Positions 9,540-19,439 of a stretch of DNA of 54,985 nucleotides are shown one piece after another. Origin of the DNA: Acidimicrobiia bacterium. GTDB taxonomy: Bacteria; Actinomycetota; Acidimicrobiia; Spongiisociales; ZC4RG35. A model generated the notes under the pieces. The model saw only the letters and a program-made list of their open reading frames with translations, was not told the DNA's origin and did not search any database. The DNA is taken from NCBI GenBank assembly GCA_050329555.1, contig JBHJOQ010000026.1, forward strand, positions 1 to 54,985, in the 5' to 3' direction. Each line of letters starts with the position of its first letter. Position 1 is the stretch's first letter. The position numbers and the translations under genes are program-made.

Positions 9540-10477
9540 CACCAAAGAAGGTGGCGTGGATCGGGGGAATCGCGGCAGTCCTCTACATCGTCGCGATGGT
9601 GATCGTCCTCAACACGGTCGAGATCCCTCCCCTCCGGCCGACTGCTGCGCTGTTGATCGTGCTCGCCGGTATCGTTGAAATTGGAGCGAAGTGGTTCTTC
9701 GGAGCCCTCTTTCGTGAGTCGGTGGAGGAGACCGGACAGAGCCTTCGGAGTTTTTCGGCCTTCAAGGGGGCGCTGGTCGGCGCCGGCGTTGCCCGTCTGA
9801 TTCCTGCCGGCGGTGCGATCACGCCTGTGGCGATGTCGTGGACCGTGCGTGATGAAGTCGATGCGTCGGCGGGGCCTGCGATAAGGGCCGTGCTGCTCAA
9901 CTACGCCGGCCTGCTGATAATGACCGGTGCCGCCATCCTCATCGTGAGGCCCCGAGTCGGAGTGGCCTCGCTCACTCTCACCATCGCCGCTGTTGTTGCC
10001 CTCGGCGTCGGCCTCCTTTTGATGTTCGGCTCGGGCAAGCTCGGATCGCTCAACAAATATCTGCCCAAGTTCATGAGCAAGCGCCTCGAGCCGTCGATGG
10101 TGAACCACATGCCCGGGCGGACCTCACAGCTCTATATCTGGCTCCGCTTGGTTCTCGAGGCTGCAGCCCTCGGGCTCGTCCTGGTTGCATTCGGAATCGA
10201 AATCAGCCCGGTTGAGATCGTGGCCGCCTTCGGTTTCGCCTCACTGGTCGGCGGGTTGCCGGGGACTCCCGGCGGCCTCGGTGTCGTCGAAGCGGGCCTG
10301 TTATTCATCCTCGCCGCATACGGGTTCAGGGCGGGAATCACCGTGGCACCGGTGCTCGTGTTCCGCCTCGTCTCGTACTGGCTGCCGGCAGCGCTCGGAT
10401 TCCTTGCCGGCGGGGCCATCTTCCTCTCCTCCCCCGAGGCGGCCGCTGCCTCCGCTGAGAAATCCTCGAACGCTTAA
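9536..10477 (+). CDS. LPG_synthase_TM / YbhN-like flippase-type membrane protein
   Basis: TPGGLGVVEA and VLVFRLVSYWLP motifs; about 8 TM; overlaps upstream stop (GTGA). Confidence 0.8.
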   Translation: MTPKKVAWIGGIAAVLYIVAMVIVLNTVEIPPLRPTAALLIVLAGIVEIGAKWFFGALFRESVEETGQSLRSFSAFKGALVGAGVARLIPAGGAITPVAMSWTVRDEVDASAGPAIRAVLLNYAGLLIMTGAAILIVRPRVGVASLTLTIAAVVALGVGLLLMFGSGKLGSLNKYLPKFMSKRLEPSMVNHMPGRTSQLYIWLRLVLEAAALGLVLVAFGIEISPVEIVAAFGFASLVGGLPGTPGGLGVVEAGLLFILAAYGFRAGITVAPVLVFRLVSYWLPAALGFLAGGAIFLSSPEAAAASAEKSSNA

Positions 10478-10487
10478 AGTTCCGAAA

Positions 10488-10928
10488 ATGACGCTCAAGT
10501 TCGAACTCAAGAACCACAACGGTGACACGGTGACCCAGGACCAATACCTCGATGGGGGGTTGGTGATGTTCTTTTACCCGCGTGCGATGACAACGGGGTG
10601 CACGGTCGAAGCCTGCGATTTCAGGGACAACCACGGCGACCTCGTTGAATCCGGGTACAACGTCGTGGGCGTCAGCCCGGACCCGCCGGAGCTCAACGCC
10701 GAATTCCGGGAGAAGGAGGGCCTCAACTTCGATCTGCTCTCCGACGAAGACCACACCCTGGCCGAGGAGCTCGGCGCCTGGGGCGAGAAGAAACTCTACG
10801 GGAAGACAATCACCGGGCTGATCAGGTCCACCTTCGTCTTCGATTCGAGCGGAGAGATGGTGCGCGAATACCGCAACGTCAAAGCCACTGGCCACGTTGA
10901 GAGGGTCAAGGCCGACCTACTCGGCTAG
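10488..10928 (+). CDS. bcp: Peroxiredoxin BCP/PrxQ
   Basis: FFYPRAMTTGCTVEACDFRD, GVSPD, LLSD, RSTFV, KATGH. Confidence 0.92.
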   Translation: MTLKFELKNHNGDTVTQDQYLDGGLVMFFYPRAMTTGCTVEACDFRDNHGDLVESGYNVVGVSPDPPELNAEFREKEGLNFDLLSDEDHTLAEELGAWGEKKLYGKTITGLIRSTFVFDSSGEMVREYRNVKATGHVERVKADLLG

Positions 10929-11813
10929 CGGCTCATCCCCGAGCCGGATCCCGGACAACGTTTCTAGGGCCTTGACGAGGGCATGGTTCCCCTCGCCGCC
11001 CAGACCCTGTGTTTGCAGGGCTCTAAAGAGCTGGAAGACCAGGGCGGTCCCCGGGAGGGGCACCCCCAACTGGTCTGCCGTCTCGAGGACCAGCCGCAGG
11101 TCTTTCTGCTGGAGGTCGATGGTGAACCCCGGAGACCAATCCCGTTTGATCATCTGCGGGCCGCGGTTGGTGAGCATCCACGAGCCGCCGGCTCCGCCGC
11201 CGACCGCCTTCAGTGTCGTCTCCAGGTCGAGTCCGGCCGCTTCGGCCAGGAGCAGACCCTCTGACGCGGCGAGTTGGTTGACCACGACCAGGGCCTGGTT
11301 GACCATCTTCGCCATCTGGCCCGAACCGGGAGCTTCCCCGACGTGCACGATCGAAGAGGCGTAGGCATCGATGAAGGCGCGTACCGTATCCAGGGCGGAA
11401 GGGTCGCCTCCAACCATCACCGCAAGCGTGCCGTTGCGTGCGCCCTCCGAGCCACCCGAAACCGGGGCGTCGATCCAGCTGACACCGAGTTCGGCGGCAC
11501 GTTCGGCAAACTCTCTGGTAGCGATCGGCGAAATCGTCGAATGGTCGACCAGGATCCCGCCACCCATCCGCTCGACGACTCCGCCTTCTCCGAAGCAGAT
11601 CTCATCCACGTCGGGCGTGTCCGATACACAGAGAAATACAACGTCGCGACCTTCAGCCAGATCCCCCGGATTTGGCGCAGCTGTAGCACCCGGTACCGCC
11701 CCGATGCGCGACGGGCTCCGGTTCCAAACCGTAAGCGGGTGGCCCGCTTTGACCAGATTGTTTGCCATGCCGGAGCCCATGATCCCGAGTCCGATGAAGC
11801 CAAGTTCTCTCAT
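10917..11813 (-). CDS. NAD(P)-dependent beta-hydroxyacid dehydrogenase (3-hydroxyisobutyrate / tartronate semialdehyde reductase family)
   Basis: GFIGLGIMG, DAPVSGG, GSGQMAKMVNQ, KDL. Confidence 0.9.
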   Translation of the reverse strand: MRELGFIGLGIMGSGMANNLVKAGHPLTVWNRSPSRIGAVPGATAAPNPGDLAEGRDVVFLCVSDTPDVDEICFGEGGVVERMGGGILVDHSTISPIATREFAERAAELGVSWIDAPVSGGSEGARNGTLAVMVGGDPSALDTVRAFIDAYASSIVHVGEAPGSGQMAKMVNQALVVVNQLAASEGLLLAEAAGLDLETTLKAVGGGAGGSWMLTNRGPQMIKRDWSPGFTIDLQQKDLRLVLETADQLGVPLPGTALVFQLFRALQTQGLGGEGNHALVKALETLSGIRLGDEPLAE

Positions 11814-11844
11814 GGATCTAGCCTAAACCTGCTAAACCGAAGAC

Positions 11845-13059
11845 ATGCCACACGACCGACTCGACTCAGTTCTGGCCGACCGCGTCTCCGACCTGGAGGC
11901 GGCGGGATCCGCCAAAGGGGACGAATTCGTGATCGTCGACGTGCTTCCCCCCGCAGACGGCTTCAGTCGCAGATACCTCCTCGAGGGAGGACTGCGGGGC
12001 TTTCTCCGCATGAACTCGAATAGCTATCTCGGCCTTTCCCATCACCCGGCTGTGCTCGAGGCCGAGGAGACAGCTTCCCGTAAGTTTGGCGCAGGGCCGG
12101 GGGCGGTCCGCTTCATCTCGGGCACCTACAGCCCGCACCGGAGTCTGGAACAGCGGCTCGCGTCCTTCCACGAGCGTGAGGCAGCCATCATCTATTCCTC
12201 GGCCTATGCGGCTGTGGTGTCGACCCTCAGCGCCCTGATCACGCCGGACACGGTCGTTCTCTCCGACGAGCTCAACCACAACTGCATCATCAACGGAGTG
12301 CGGATGAGCCGGCCCGGTTCTCGCGAGGTGTACGGGCACCTTTATTACGACGCTCTCGACACCGCCCTCGGCGCGGCTGCCGGGACTGCGAGGCGGGCCG
12401 TCGTGGTCACCGATGGTGTGTTCTCGATGCGCGGCGACTTCGCCGACCTCGGCCGAATCTCAGCCATCGCCACAGCTCACGACGGCGAGTTCGAGGAGAA
12501 CGTCGTCGTGGTCGTCGACGACTCCCATGGTGTGGGGGCCTTCGGAGCCACGGGACGCGGCACCGAAGAGGTCACTGCCGGCGGGGCCGATGTGCTGATC
12601 GGGACGCTGGGCAAGGCGTTTGGCGTCAACGGCGGATATGTCGTGGGTAGCGGCGCGACAGTCCGGTTCCTGCGCGAAAGCGGGCCGATGTACATCTACT
12701 CCAACCCGATCACCGTGGGTGAGGCCGCCGCCGCCGAAGCTGCTCTGGATGTCCTCGACTCAGCCGAAGGGTCCGGGATGCTTGCCCATCTCGCGGCGAT
12801 GACAGAGAGATTCGAGACTGGCTTGGTCGACCTCGGCCTGGAGACGCTCCCCGGCCCGCACCCGGTTGTCCCCCTCATGGTGAGGGACACCGCTGAGACT
12901 TCCCGCCTCGTCGACCACCTGTATGCCCACAGCGTCCTTGCGACCGGGCTCAACTTTCCGGTCGTCCCCAAAGGTGACGAGGAGATCCGCTTCCAGGTGA
13001 ACGCCGATCACACACCCGCCGACATCGACTACGTGCTCGGGATCCTCGCCACCGCCTGA
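11845..13059 (+). CDS. PLP-dependent alpha-oxoamine synthase (Kbl / BioF family)
   Basis: NSNSYLGL, SDELNHNCIING, TDGVFSM, DDSHGVG, GTLGKAFG. Confidence 0.88.
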   Translation: MPHDRLDSVLADRVSDLEAAGSAKGDEFVIVDVLPPADGFSRRYLLEGGLRGFLRMNSNSYLGLSHHPAVLEAEETASRKFGAGPGAVRFISGTYSPHRSLEQRLASFHEREAAIIYSSAYAAVVSTLSALITPDTVVLSDELNHNCIINGVRMSRPGSREVYGHLYYDALDTALGAAAGTARRAVVVTDGVFSMRGDFADLGRISAIATAHDGEFEENVVVVVDDSHGVGAFGATGRGTEEVTAGGADVLIGTLGKAFGVNGGYVVGSGATVRFLRESGPMYIYSNPITVGEAAAAEAALDVLDSAEGSGMLAHLAAMTERFETGLVDLGLETLPGPHPVVPLMVRDTAETSRLVDHLYAHSVLATGLNFPVVPKGDEEIRFQVNADHTPADIDYVLGILATA

Positions 13060-13066
13060 AAGACGG

Positions 13067-15019
13067 TCACTCCACGACAATCAGGATGTCGTTGGTCTCG
13101 ACCTGGTCACCGACCTGGTAGTTGATTTCGGTGACGGTGCCGTGGTGGGGTGCGCGCAAGGTGTGCTCCATCTTCATTGCTTCAAGCACAACGAGGGCGT
13201 CGCCTCCGTTCACGGCGTCTCCCTGCTCGACCTCGACCCGGACAATCCGGCCGGGCATGGGGGCATGCAAGCTTCCCTCCGACCGGGCCATCTCCGACGC
13301 CGGGTATCTGGAGATTTCGACGAGCCGAACCGATCCAGCGGTGGAGTCGACGTACACGACGTCGCCATATCGCGCCAAGGCCAGGTCGAGAATGTCGCCA
13401 TCGTTGGTCAGTCCCACCCGGTCGGGCCCGGCTGACATGACCACAACCCCGCGTGGCTCCACCAGTTCCATCCCATCCCTGTTGTTGACGTAGATGACAT
13501 CGATCCGGTGGTCGCCGTGCAGGTACCCGACCTGCTGGCAGCTGAGGCCGACGTTGCGAAATCCCGGGGGAATGGTCGAAGGCATGGCCGAAGCCGCGAG
13601 CCGGACCGCCCTGCTCGCGGCTGCCGCGGCGGCCGCTCTGGCCGGCACCTCGTCGGGTGCAACGAGGGGTTTGGCAAGAGCGCCGACACCGTTCGCTTCG
13701 ATGAAGCCGGTGTCGGCCTCCCCGGTGAGGAAGGTCGGGTCTTCGAGAATTCGCACCAGGAGGTCGCGGTTCGTGGTCGGACCGTGGATTTCGGCCCGGC
13801 GCAGCGCGTTGGCGAGTACTTTCGCAGCATCATCCCGATCGGGGGCATGGGCGATCACTTTTGCCAGCATCGGGTCGAAGAAGACAGAAACGACTGATCC
13901 TGACTCCACCCCGGAGTCGACCCGGACCGCGCTTGGCGCCGGGAAGGAGAAGCGGTGCATCGGCCCGGTCACGGGGAGGAAGCCATTCGCAGGGTCTTCG
14001 GCGTAGATCCTGGCTTCGATTGCATGGCCCGCGATGGGTGGGGCGAGGGCCGGGGGAGGTAGGGGAGATCCGTTGGCGACGATGATCTGGAGCTCGACCA
14101 GGTCGAGCCCGGTGACCATCTCGGTGACCGGATGCTCCACCTGGAGCCGCGTGTTCATCTCGAGGAAGAAGAACCGACCGTCCTTGAAGAGAAACTCCAC
14201 CGTGCCGGCGCCCACATAGCCGACCGCCCTTGCTGCTGCCACTGCTGCGGCACCCATGCGCTCCCTGGTCGCCTCGTCGATCGCCGGACTCGGGCTCTCC
14301 TCGATGATCTTCTGGTGGCGCCTCTGGATCGAGCACTCCCGCTCATGGAGGGAGACCACATTGCCGTGCTGGTCCCCGAACACCTGGATCTCGATGTGTC
14401 GCGGACCGGTCAGGTATTTCTCGAGGAATACCGTCGGGTCTCCGAAGGAGCTCGAGGCTTCTCGCCTGGCCGCCTCGACGGCTTCGATGAGCCCGTCCGC
14501 AGAGTCGACGATCCGCATTCCTTTGCCACCTCCGCCAGCGCTTGCTTTGATCATTACCGGGTACCCCACCCCCTCGGCCGCCGCTGCGGCCTCTTCGTTT
14601 GAAAGATCGCTGAGTTCGGCGCCAGGCAGGCCGGGAACACCGGCGGAGGCCATGAGCCGCTTGGCTTCGACTTTCGAGCCCATCGCGGCGATGGCGTCTG
14701 GTGAGGGGCCGATCCAGGTCAAGCCGGCTGCAATCACGGCCCTGGCGAAGGCCGCGTTCTCGGAGAGGAAGCCGTATCCAGGATGGACAGCGTCAGCCTC
14801 CGAAGAGATCGCAGCCTCCACTATTGCTTTCTGGTCGAGATAGGTCTCAGCAGGGGTGTGGCCCGGGAGCCGAACCGCCCGATCGGCCTCGCGGACGTGC
14901 GGCGATCCGGCATCGCTGTCCGAGTAGACGGCAACAGTCTCTATCCTTAGCCGGGCACAGGTTCGGAAGACCCGACGCGCGATTTCACCCCGATTTGCCA
15001 CAAGGACCCTGCGAATCAT
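13067..15019 (-). CDS. Acyl-CoA carboxylase alpha subunit (biotin carboxylase plus biotin carrier)
   Basis: ANRGEIA, HPGYGFLSEN, ERECSIQRRHQK, EMNTRLQVEHPVTE, EAMKM biotinylation site. Confidence 0.95.
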   Translation of the reverse strand: MIRRVLVANRGEIARRVFRTCARLRIETVAVYSDSDAGSPHVREADRAVRLPGHTPAETYLDQKAIVEAAISSEADAVHPGYGFLSENAAFARAVIAAGLTWIGPSPDAIAAMGSKVEAKRLMASAGVPGLPGAELSDLSNEEAAAAAEGVGYPVMIKASAGGGGKGMRIVDSADGLIEAVEAARREASSSFGDPTVFLEKYLTGPRHIEIQVFGDQHGNVVSLHERECSIQRRHQKIIEESPSPAIDEATRERMGAAAVAAARAVGYVGAGTVEFLFKDGRFFFLEMNTRLQVEHPVTEMVTGLDLVELQIIVANGSPLPPPALAPPIAGHAIEARIYAEDPANGFLPVTGPMHRFSFPAPSAVRVDSGVESGSVVSVFFDPMLAKVIAHAPDRDDAAKVLANALRRAEIHGPTTNRDLLVRILEDPTFLTGEADTGFIEANGVGALAKPLVAPDEVPARAAAAAAASRAVRLAASAMPSTIPPGFRNVGLSCQQVGYLHGDHRIDVIYVNNRDGMELVEPRGVVVMSAGPDRVGLTNDGDILDLALARYGDVVYVDSTAGSVRLVEISRYPASEMARSEGSLHAPMPGRIVRVEVEQGDAVNGGDALVVLEAMKMEHTLRAPHHGTVTEINYQVGDQVETNDILIVVE

Positions 15020-15095
15020 GTTTGTTGAGGCTAACCGCAGGGAACTTTCTGTCGATAGCCGGAGTCATATACCTACGACCCGAGGGAGCTCAGTT

Positions 15096-15824
15096 GTGAC
15101 AATAATGAAATCGAGGCCTGAGGAGCGTCAAGACGCTGCCGCACCGGCCACCAGCCCGCAACCGGCACAACCAGCGCAAAGGCGCTCGGGATCCGGCTTG
15201 CTCATCGGCCTCTCCGGATTCTTCCTGGCTGTTCTTCTCGTCGTTGTCGGCTTTGTCGCGTGGTCCGCACGCGGGATCGTCGAAGCGATACCCACTCCTG
15301 CGGACCTTGCAGCGGTCTTCGAACCGGAGCCCTTCACCGATATCGGCCCCGTAGTGGTGAGCTCGGTTCAGGACCTGGGCAGTCTGACCACCGTTGAGGT
15401 CGTGGAGTACACCATCGTCGAAAAGGGAACTGACGCCGGGTGGCTCGCCTGGGCGCGGGGCGACAGCTTGCGGATGATCGCCGTAGCCCGGATCGGGGCA
15501 GGCGTGGACATCAGCGGCCTGACACCGGGTGACTTCTCCGTGTCGGAGGATGGCGTGGTCGAGGTGAACATCCCTGCAGCTGTTATCCAGTATGTGGCTG
15601 TCGACAACGACGCAACCGAAGTCCTCGATCGCGACATGGGACTCTTCACCAAAGGCGACCCCCAGCTCGAAGGTGAGGCGCGTCGGGTGGCTGAGACCGT
15701 TCTGGTCGATGCTGCAATCGAAAACGGCGTCCTCATTCGGGCCGAGGAGAACGCAACCACCGTGCTGACCAACTTCCTGCTCAGCTTGGGATACACCGAC
15801 GTCGTGGTCAACTTCGGGAACTGA
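15096..15824 (+). CDS. DUF4230-like single-TM protein
   Basis: N-terminal TM; LTTVE, AGVDIS, IP.A.I and AEENA..VL..FL..LGY patterns; GAGGGAG SD before GTG 15096. Confidence 0.7.
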   Translation: MTIMKSRPEERQDAAAPATSPQPAQPAQRRSGSGLLIGLSGFFLAVLLVVVGFVAWSARGIVEAIPTPADLAAVFEPEPFTDIGPVVVSSVQDLGSLTTVEVVEYTIVEKGTDAGWLAWARGDSLRMIAVARIGAGVDISGLTPGDFSVSEDGVVEVNIPAAVIQYVAVDNDATEVLDRDMGLFTKGDPQLEGEARRVAETVLVDAAIENGVLIRAEENATTVLTNFLLSLGYTDVVVNFGN

Positions 15825-15834
15825 ACGAGTTGTC

Positions 15835-17433
15835 CTACATCCTGAATACGCCGAAGCGGTCGGTCCCCTTCACCGGGCCTGAGTGGATCGCCGACAAGGC
15901 GATCCCGACCACGTGCCTGGTGTCTCTGGGATCGATGAGCCCGTCATCGCGGACCAGCGAGGTTGAGAAGTAGGACTGTTCCTCGTGCTCGATCTGCGCT
16001 TCGACCTCGGCGCGCTGCTTGGCGTCGGCTTCCTCGTCGAAGGGGATCCCCCGGGCCTCTGCTGATGCCTTCGCAATGATCGACATGACTCCTGCCAGTT
16101 GCTTGGGTCCCATCACGGCAACTTTGTGATTCGGGTATCCGAAGACGAAGCGAGGCTCGAACGAGCGTCCAGACATCCCGTAGTTGCCTGCTCCGTACGA
16201 AACACCGGCCATGAGGGTTATGTGCGGCACCTCGGAGTTGGCCACCGCATTGACCATCTTCGCCCCGTCTTTGATGATGCCCCTCTGCTCGTACTCCTTG
16301 CCCACCATGTAGCCGGTCGTGTTGTGACTGAACAGGATCGGAGTGTCGTGGCGGTTGCACAATTGGATGAACTCGGTTGCTTTGTGCGCCTCCTCGCTGA
16401 AGATGACGCCCTGCTGGTTGGCGATGACACCGATCGGATAGCCATGGATCGATGCCCACCCGGTGAGGATCGACGGTCCGTACCGGCTCTTGTATTCTTC
16501 GAACCAGGAACCGTCGACCACCCGTGCCAGGATCTCCCGCTGGTCAAAGGGCACCCTTAAGTCACGGGGGATCACCCCGAGGATGTCGTCGGGATCGTGC
16601 ACCGGGTCGTCAGCTGGCTTCGTCGGGCCGTAGCCCTGCTTTCGCCAGTTGAAGTGGCTGACGATGTCCCGGCCCATCCGGATCGCCTCGTGCTCGTCGT
16701 CGGCGAAATAGTCCGAGAGCCCCGAGATGCGCGAGTGCATCTCCGCCCCGCCCAACTCCTCGTCGGTCGATTCCTCTCCGGTGGCCATCTTGACCAGGGG
16801 GGGACCGCCGAGGAAGACCTTCGCCTGGTCCTTCACCATCACCGAGTAGTCGCACATTGCCGGGAAGTATGCGCCCCCCGCGGTCGACGACCCGAAGACG
16901 ATTGCAACCGTCGGGATCCCTTGCTTGGAGAGCCGGGTCAGGTTCCGGAACCACTTGCCTCCGGTGATGAACACCGCGGCCTGGTCGGGAAGGTCGGCGC
17001 CGCCCGACTCGATCAGGTTGATCAGAGGCAGCCTGTTTTCCATGGCGATGTCCATCGCCCGCAGGCTCTTCGCCAGGGTGTATCGGTTGAACGACCCCGC
17101 CTGGCTGGTCGGGTCGTTGGCGAGGATCACGCACTCGACCCCCTCGATCACCCCGATCCCGGTGACGAGGTTTGCCCCGAGGTTCTTGTCGGTGCCCCAC
17201 GCCGCCAGTGTCGACAGCTCGAGGAAAGGCGTGTCCCGGTCGAGGAGGAGATCGATCCGCTCCCGGGCGAGCAGCTTTCCCCGGTCGCGGTGGCGCTTGA
17301 TGTATTTCTCGCCGCCACCCTCCTGCGCCTGACGGGTCAGATCCTGGAAGTTGGCGAGGACCTTCTCCATTTCGGCGCGATTCGCGACGAAGTCTTCCGA
17401 GCTGCGATCGACGTTGGTACCCAGTACTGGCAT
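15835..17433 (-). CDS. Acyl-CoA carboxylase beta (carboxyltransferase) subunit
   Basis: RGKLLARERI, ESGGADL, STAGGAY, LGGPPLVK, SYGAGNYGM, DDGLIDPRDTR. Confidence 0.95.
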   Translation of the reverse strand: MPVLGTNVDRSSEDFVANRAEMEKVLANFQDLTRQAQEGGGEKYIKRHRDRGKLLARERIDLLLDRDTPFLELSTLAAWGTDKNLGANLVTGIGVIEGVECVILANDPTSQAGSFNRYTLAKSLRAMDIAMENRLPLINLIESGGADLPDQAAVFITGGKWFRNLTRLSKQGIPTVAIVFGSSTAGGAYFPAMCDYSVMVKDQAKVFLGGPPLVKMATGEESTDEELGGAEMHSRISGLSDYFADDEHEAIRMGRDIVSHFNWRKQGYGPTKPADDPVHDPDDILGVIPRDLRVPFDQREILARVVDGSWFEEYKSRYGPSILTGWASIHGYPIGVIANQQGVIFSEEAHKATEFIQLCNRHDTPILFSHNTTGYMVGKEYEQRGIIKDGAKMVNAVANSEVPHITLMAGVSYGAGNYGMSGRSFEPRFVFGYPNHKVAVMGPKQLAGVMSIIAKASAEARGIPFDEEADAKQRAEVEAQIEHEEQSYFSTSLVRDDGLIDPRDTRHVVGIALSAIHSGPVKGTDRFGVFRM

Positions 17434-17471
17434 TACCCGGCGAGGCTACTCGTAGTCCGGGCCCGGCAGGT

Positions 17472-17777
17472 CTATCCCTGGTGGACGGCGTCTGCGGAGT
17501 AAGGCTCGATCATGATGCATTCGCCGGGGCACTCCTCGGCCGACTCGATGGTGTCCTCGATTAGCTCATCGGGGACCCGGGCAAGACCGCGTGCCCCGTC
17601 GGGGGCTTGTTCGCCGTCGAAGACAACAGTGCTGTCGAAATACTTCGACTCTTCTTTGACGACCCAGAGACCGTCGTCACGCCCGACAAACACGTCAGGA
17701 GTTATCTCTTCGCATATCCCGTCACCGGTGCAGAGGTCCTGGTCGATCCAGACCATCAGCTTCGTCTCTTTGGCCAT
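17472..17777 (-). CDS. Single-cluster ferredoxin (CxxDxxC...CP)
   Basis: IDQDLCTGDGICEEITPDVF...AEECPGECI. Confidence 0.88.
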   Translation of the reverse strand: MAKETKLMVWIDQDLCTGDGICEEITPDVFVGRDDGLWVVKEESKYFDSTVVFDGEQAPDGARGLARVPDELIEDTIESAEECPGECIMIEPYSADAVHQG

Positions 17778-17831
17778 ACCCACAAACTTAGCCTGACTGG
17801 CGGGTTTCGCCAGTCATGGCACAATCAGTTT

Positions 17832-18278
17832 ATGGAAATCGCCCGGAGTCTCGCGGAACAGGTGGGCCAGCATCTTGGTGTTTCGGAGTGGATGGTTGTC
17901 GACCAGGAACGGGTCAACCGGTTCGCCGATGCGACCGACGACCACCAGTGGATCCACGTTGACGCGGAAAGGGCGGCACATGGCCCGTTCGGGGTGACGA
18001 TCGCCCACGGCTTCCTCACCCTGTCCCTCACTGTGACCCTGGGCGGGCAGGTCCCGCTCGATGTGGGCAATCCCAAAATGGCGATCAACTACGGGCTGGA
18101 GAAGGTGAGATTTCCCGCCCCGGTGCCGGTGGGTTCCCGGATCCGGGCCAGTGTGGAGCTGGGCAATGTCACCGACGTCAGTGGCGGAATCCAGGTGAAC
18201 CGTATCGTCACGATCGAGGTCGAGGGCCAGGAAAAGCCTGCGATGGTGGCCGAAACGGTCTCCCGCTATTACTACTGA
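17832..18278 (+). CDS. MaoC-family (R)-specific enoyl-CoA hydratase/dehydratase
   Basis: FADATDDHQWIHVD, IAHGFLTLSL, NYGLEKVRFPAPV. Confidence 0.92.
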   Translation: MEIARSLAEQVGQHLGVSEWMVVDQERVNRFADATDDHQWIHVDAERAAHGPFGVTIAHGFLTLSLTVTLGGQVPLDVGNPKMAINYGLEKVRFPAPVPVGSRIRASVELGNVTDVSGGIQVNRIVTIEVEGQEKPAMVAETVSRYYY

Positions 18279-18306
18279 ACCGTTCCGAGCATGGTGTTGG
18301 CCCGCT

Positions 18307-19005
18307 TCAGGTGAGACTGCGGCCTCCACCGACCACCAGGACGTGGCCGGTGATGTAGGAGGACTCGGGGGAGAGGAGGTACCAGACTGCTTTGGCGATC
18401 TCCTCTGGCTCACCCATCCTGCCCAGGGGGATCGCCGCAATCATCTTCTCCCGGATCTCTTCGGGAATCGCCAGCGACATCTCACTCGCGATCAGCCCGG
18501 GTGCAATTGCGTTCACTCTGACCTCCGGGGCCAGGTCGATGGCCAGGGCGCGTGTCATCCCGACCAGCCCTCCCTTGGACATGGAGTAGTTGTACTGCCC
18601 GAAATTGCCCAGATAGGCACGGGAGGCGATGTTGATGATCGCCCCACCCGGCCCCATCAGCGGGGAGAGGGATCCGGCGAGGCGGAAGGCGGCACCGAGG
18701 TTCACGTCGAGGACGGAGGCGAAGTCGGCATCGGTCATGTTGATCAACCGGGCATCCCTGGTGATCCCTGCGTTGTTCACCAGGCCCACCAGTGGGAGGC
18801 CCGTTTGCTCAACCGCTTCCCGCACCACCGAAGGGCCGTCCTCGGAGGTGAGGTCGACCTGCACCGGTACGATCCCCTCGGAGTGGGCAAGCTCGGGGGA
18901 GATGTCAACGCCGACAACGGTGAACGGGCCGGCGCCCTGGACGGTCTCGGTGATCACTCTGCCGATCCCGCGAGCGGCCCCGGTGACGACCACCGCCCCG
19001 TTCAC
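18307..19005 (-). CDS. SDR 3-oxoacyl-(ACP/CoA) reductase
   Basis: TGAARGIG, NNAGITRD, S...YSMSK catalytic set, VNAIAPG. Confidence 0.92.
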   Translation of the reverse strand: MNGAVVVTGAARGIGRVITETVQGAGPFTVVGVDISPELAHSEGIVPVQVDLTSEDGPSVVREAVEQTGLPLVGLVNNAGITRDARLINMTDADFASVLDVNLGAAFRLAGSLSPLMGPGGAIINIASRAYLGNFGQYNYSMSKGGLVGMTRALAIDLAPEVRVNAIAPGLIASEMSLAIPEEIREKMIAAIPLGRMGEPEEIAKAVWYLLSPESSYITGHVLVVGGGRSLT

Positions 19006-19439
19006 GCCAACGCCTTTCCGATGTGGCCGAAGCCGATGTGGACCAGCTCACCGGTGACCAACCCGTCCCCGAGGAGGGCCGCCGCCCTCATGATTATCCC
19101 GGCAGGTTCGTTGCCGTCGTCGTAGGCGATGACGTTGGCGGTCCAGCCCTTCTTCACACCCTCGATGGCCGCAGTCCGCGCCCCTGACAACAGCCCGGCG
19201 GCCACCATCGCATTCGCCGGACCGACTCTCCCGAGGAGGGCGTCGTTGGTCACGATATAGACGAAGGAATGTTCGTTCCGGGCCGCTTCCCGGGATCGTT
19301 CGAAGGCATCGATCAATTCAATCCGGGCGTCATCCCAGGTTTTGAGCCCGGGCCTGGCCCAGAAAATGAGCCCGCGTTCGGGAGCCAGGCCTTCGGCTTC
19401 GATGCCTTCGGGGAGCCGGATCTCACCGCTCAACTGCAA
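19002..19439 (-). CDS. Small degenerate SDR-like protein (no Rossmann motif, no YxxxK)
   Basis: AGLLSGARTAAIEG..GWTANVI and LVTGELVHIG resemble the C-terminal half of SDRs; overlaps both neighbours. Confidence 0.65.
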   Translation of the reverse strand: MQLSGEIRLPEGIEAEGLAPERGLIFWARPGLKTWDDARIELIDAFERSREAARNEHSFVYIVTNDALLGRVGPANAMVAAGLLSGARTAAIEGVKKGWTANVIAYDDGNEPAGIIMRAAALLGDGLVTGELVHIGFGHIGKALA

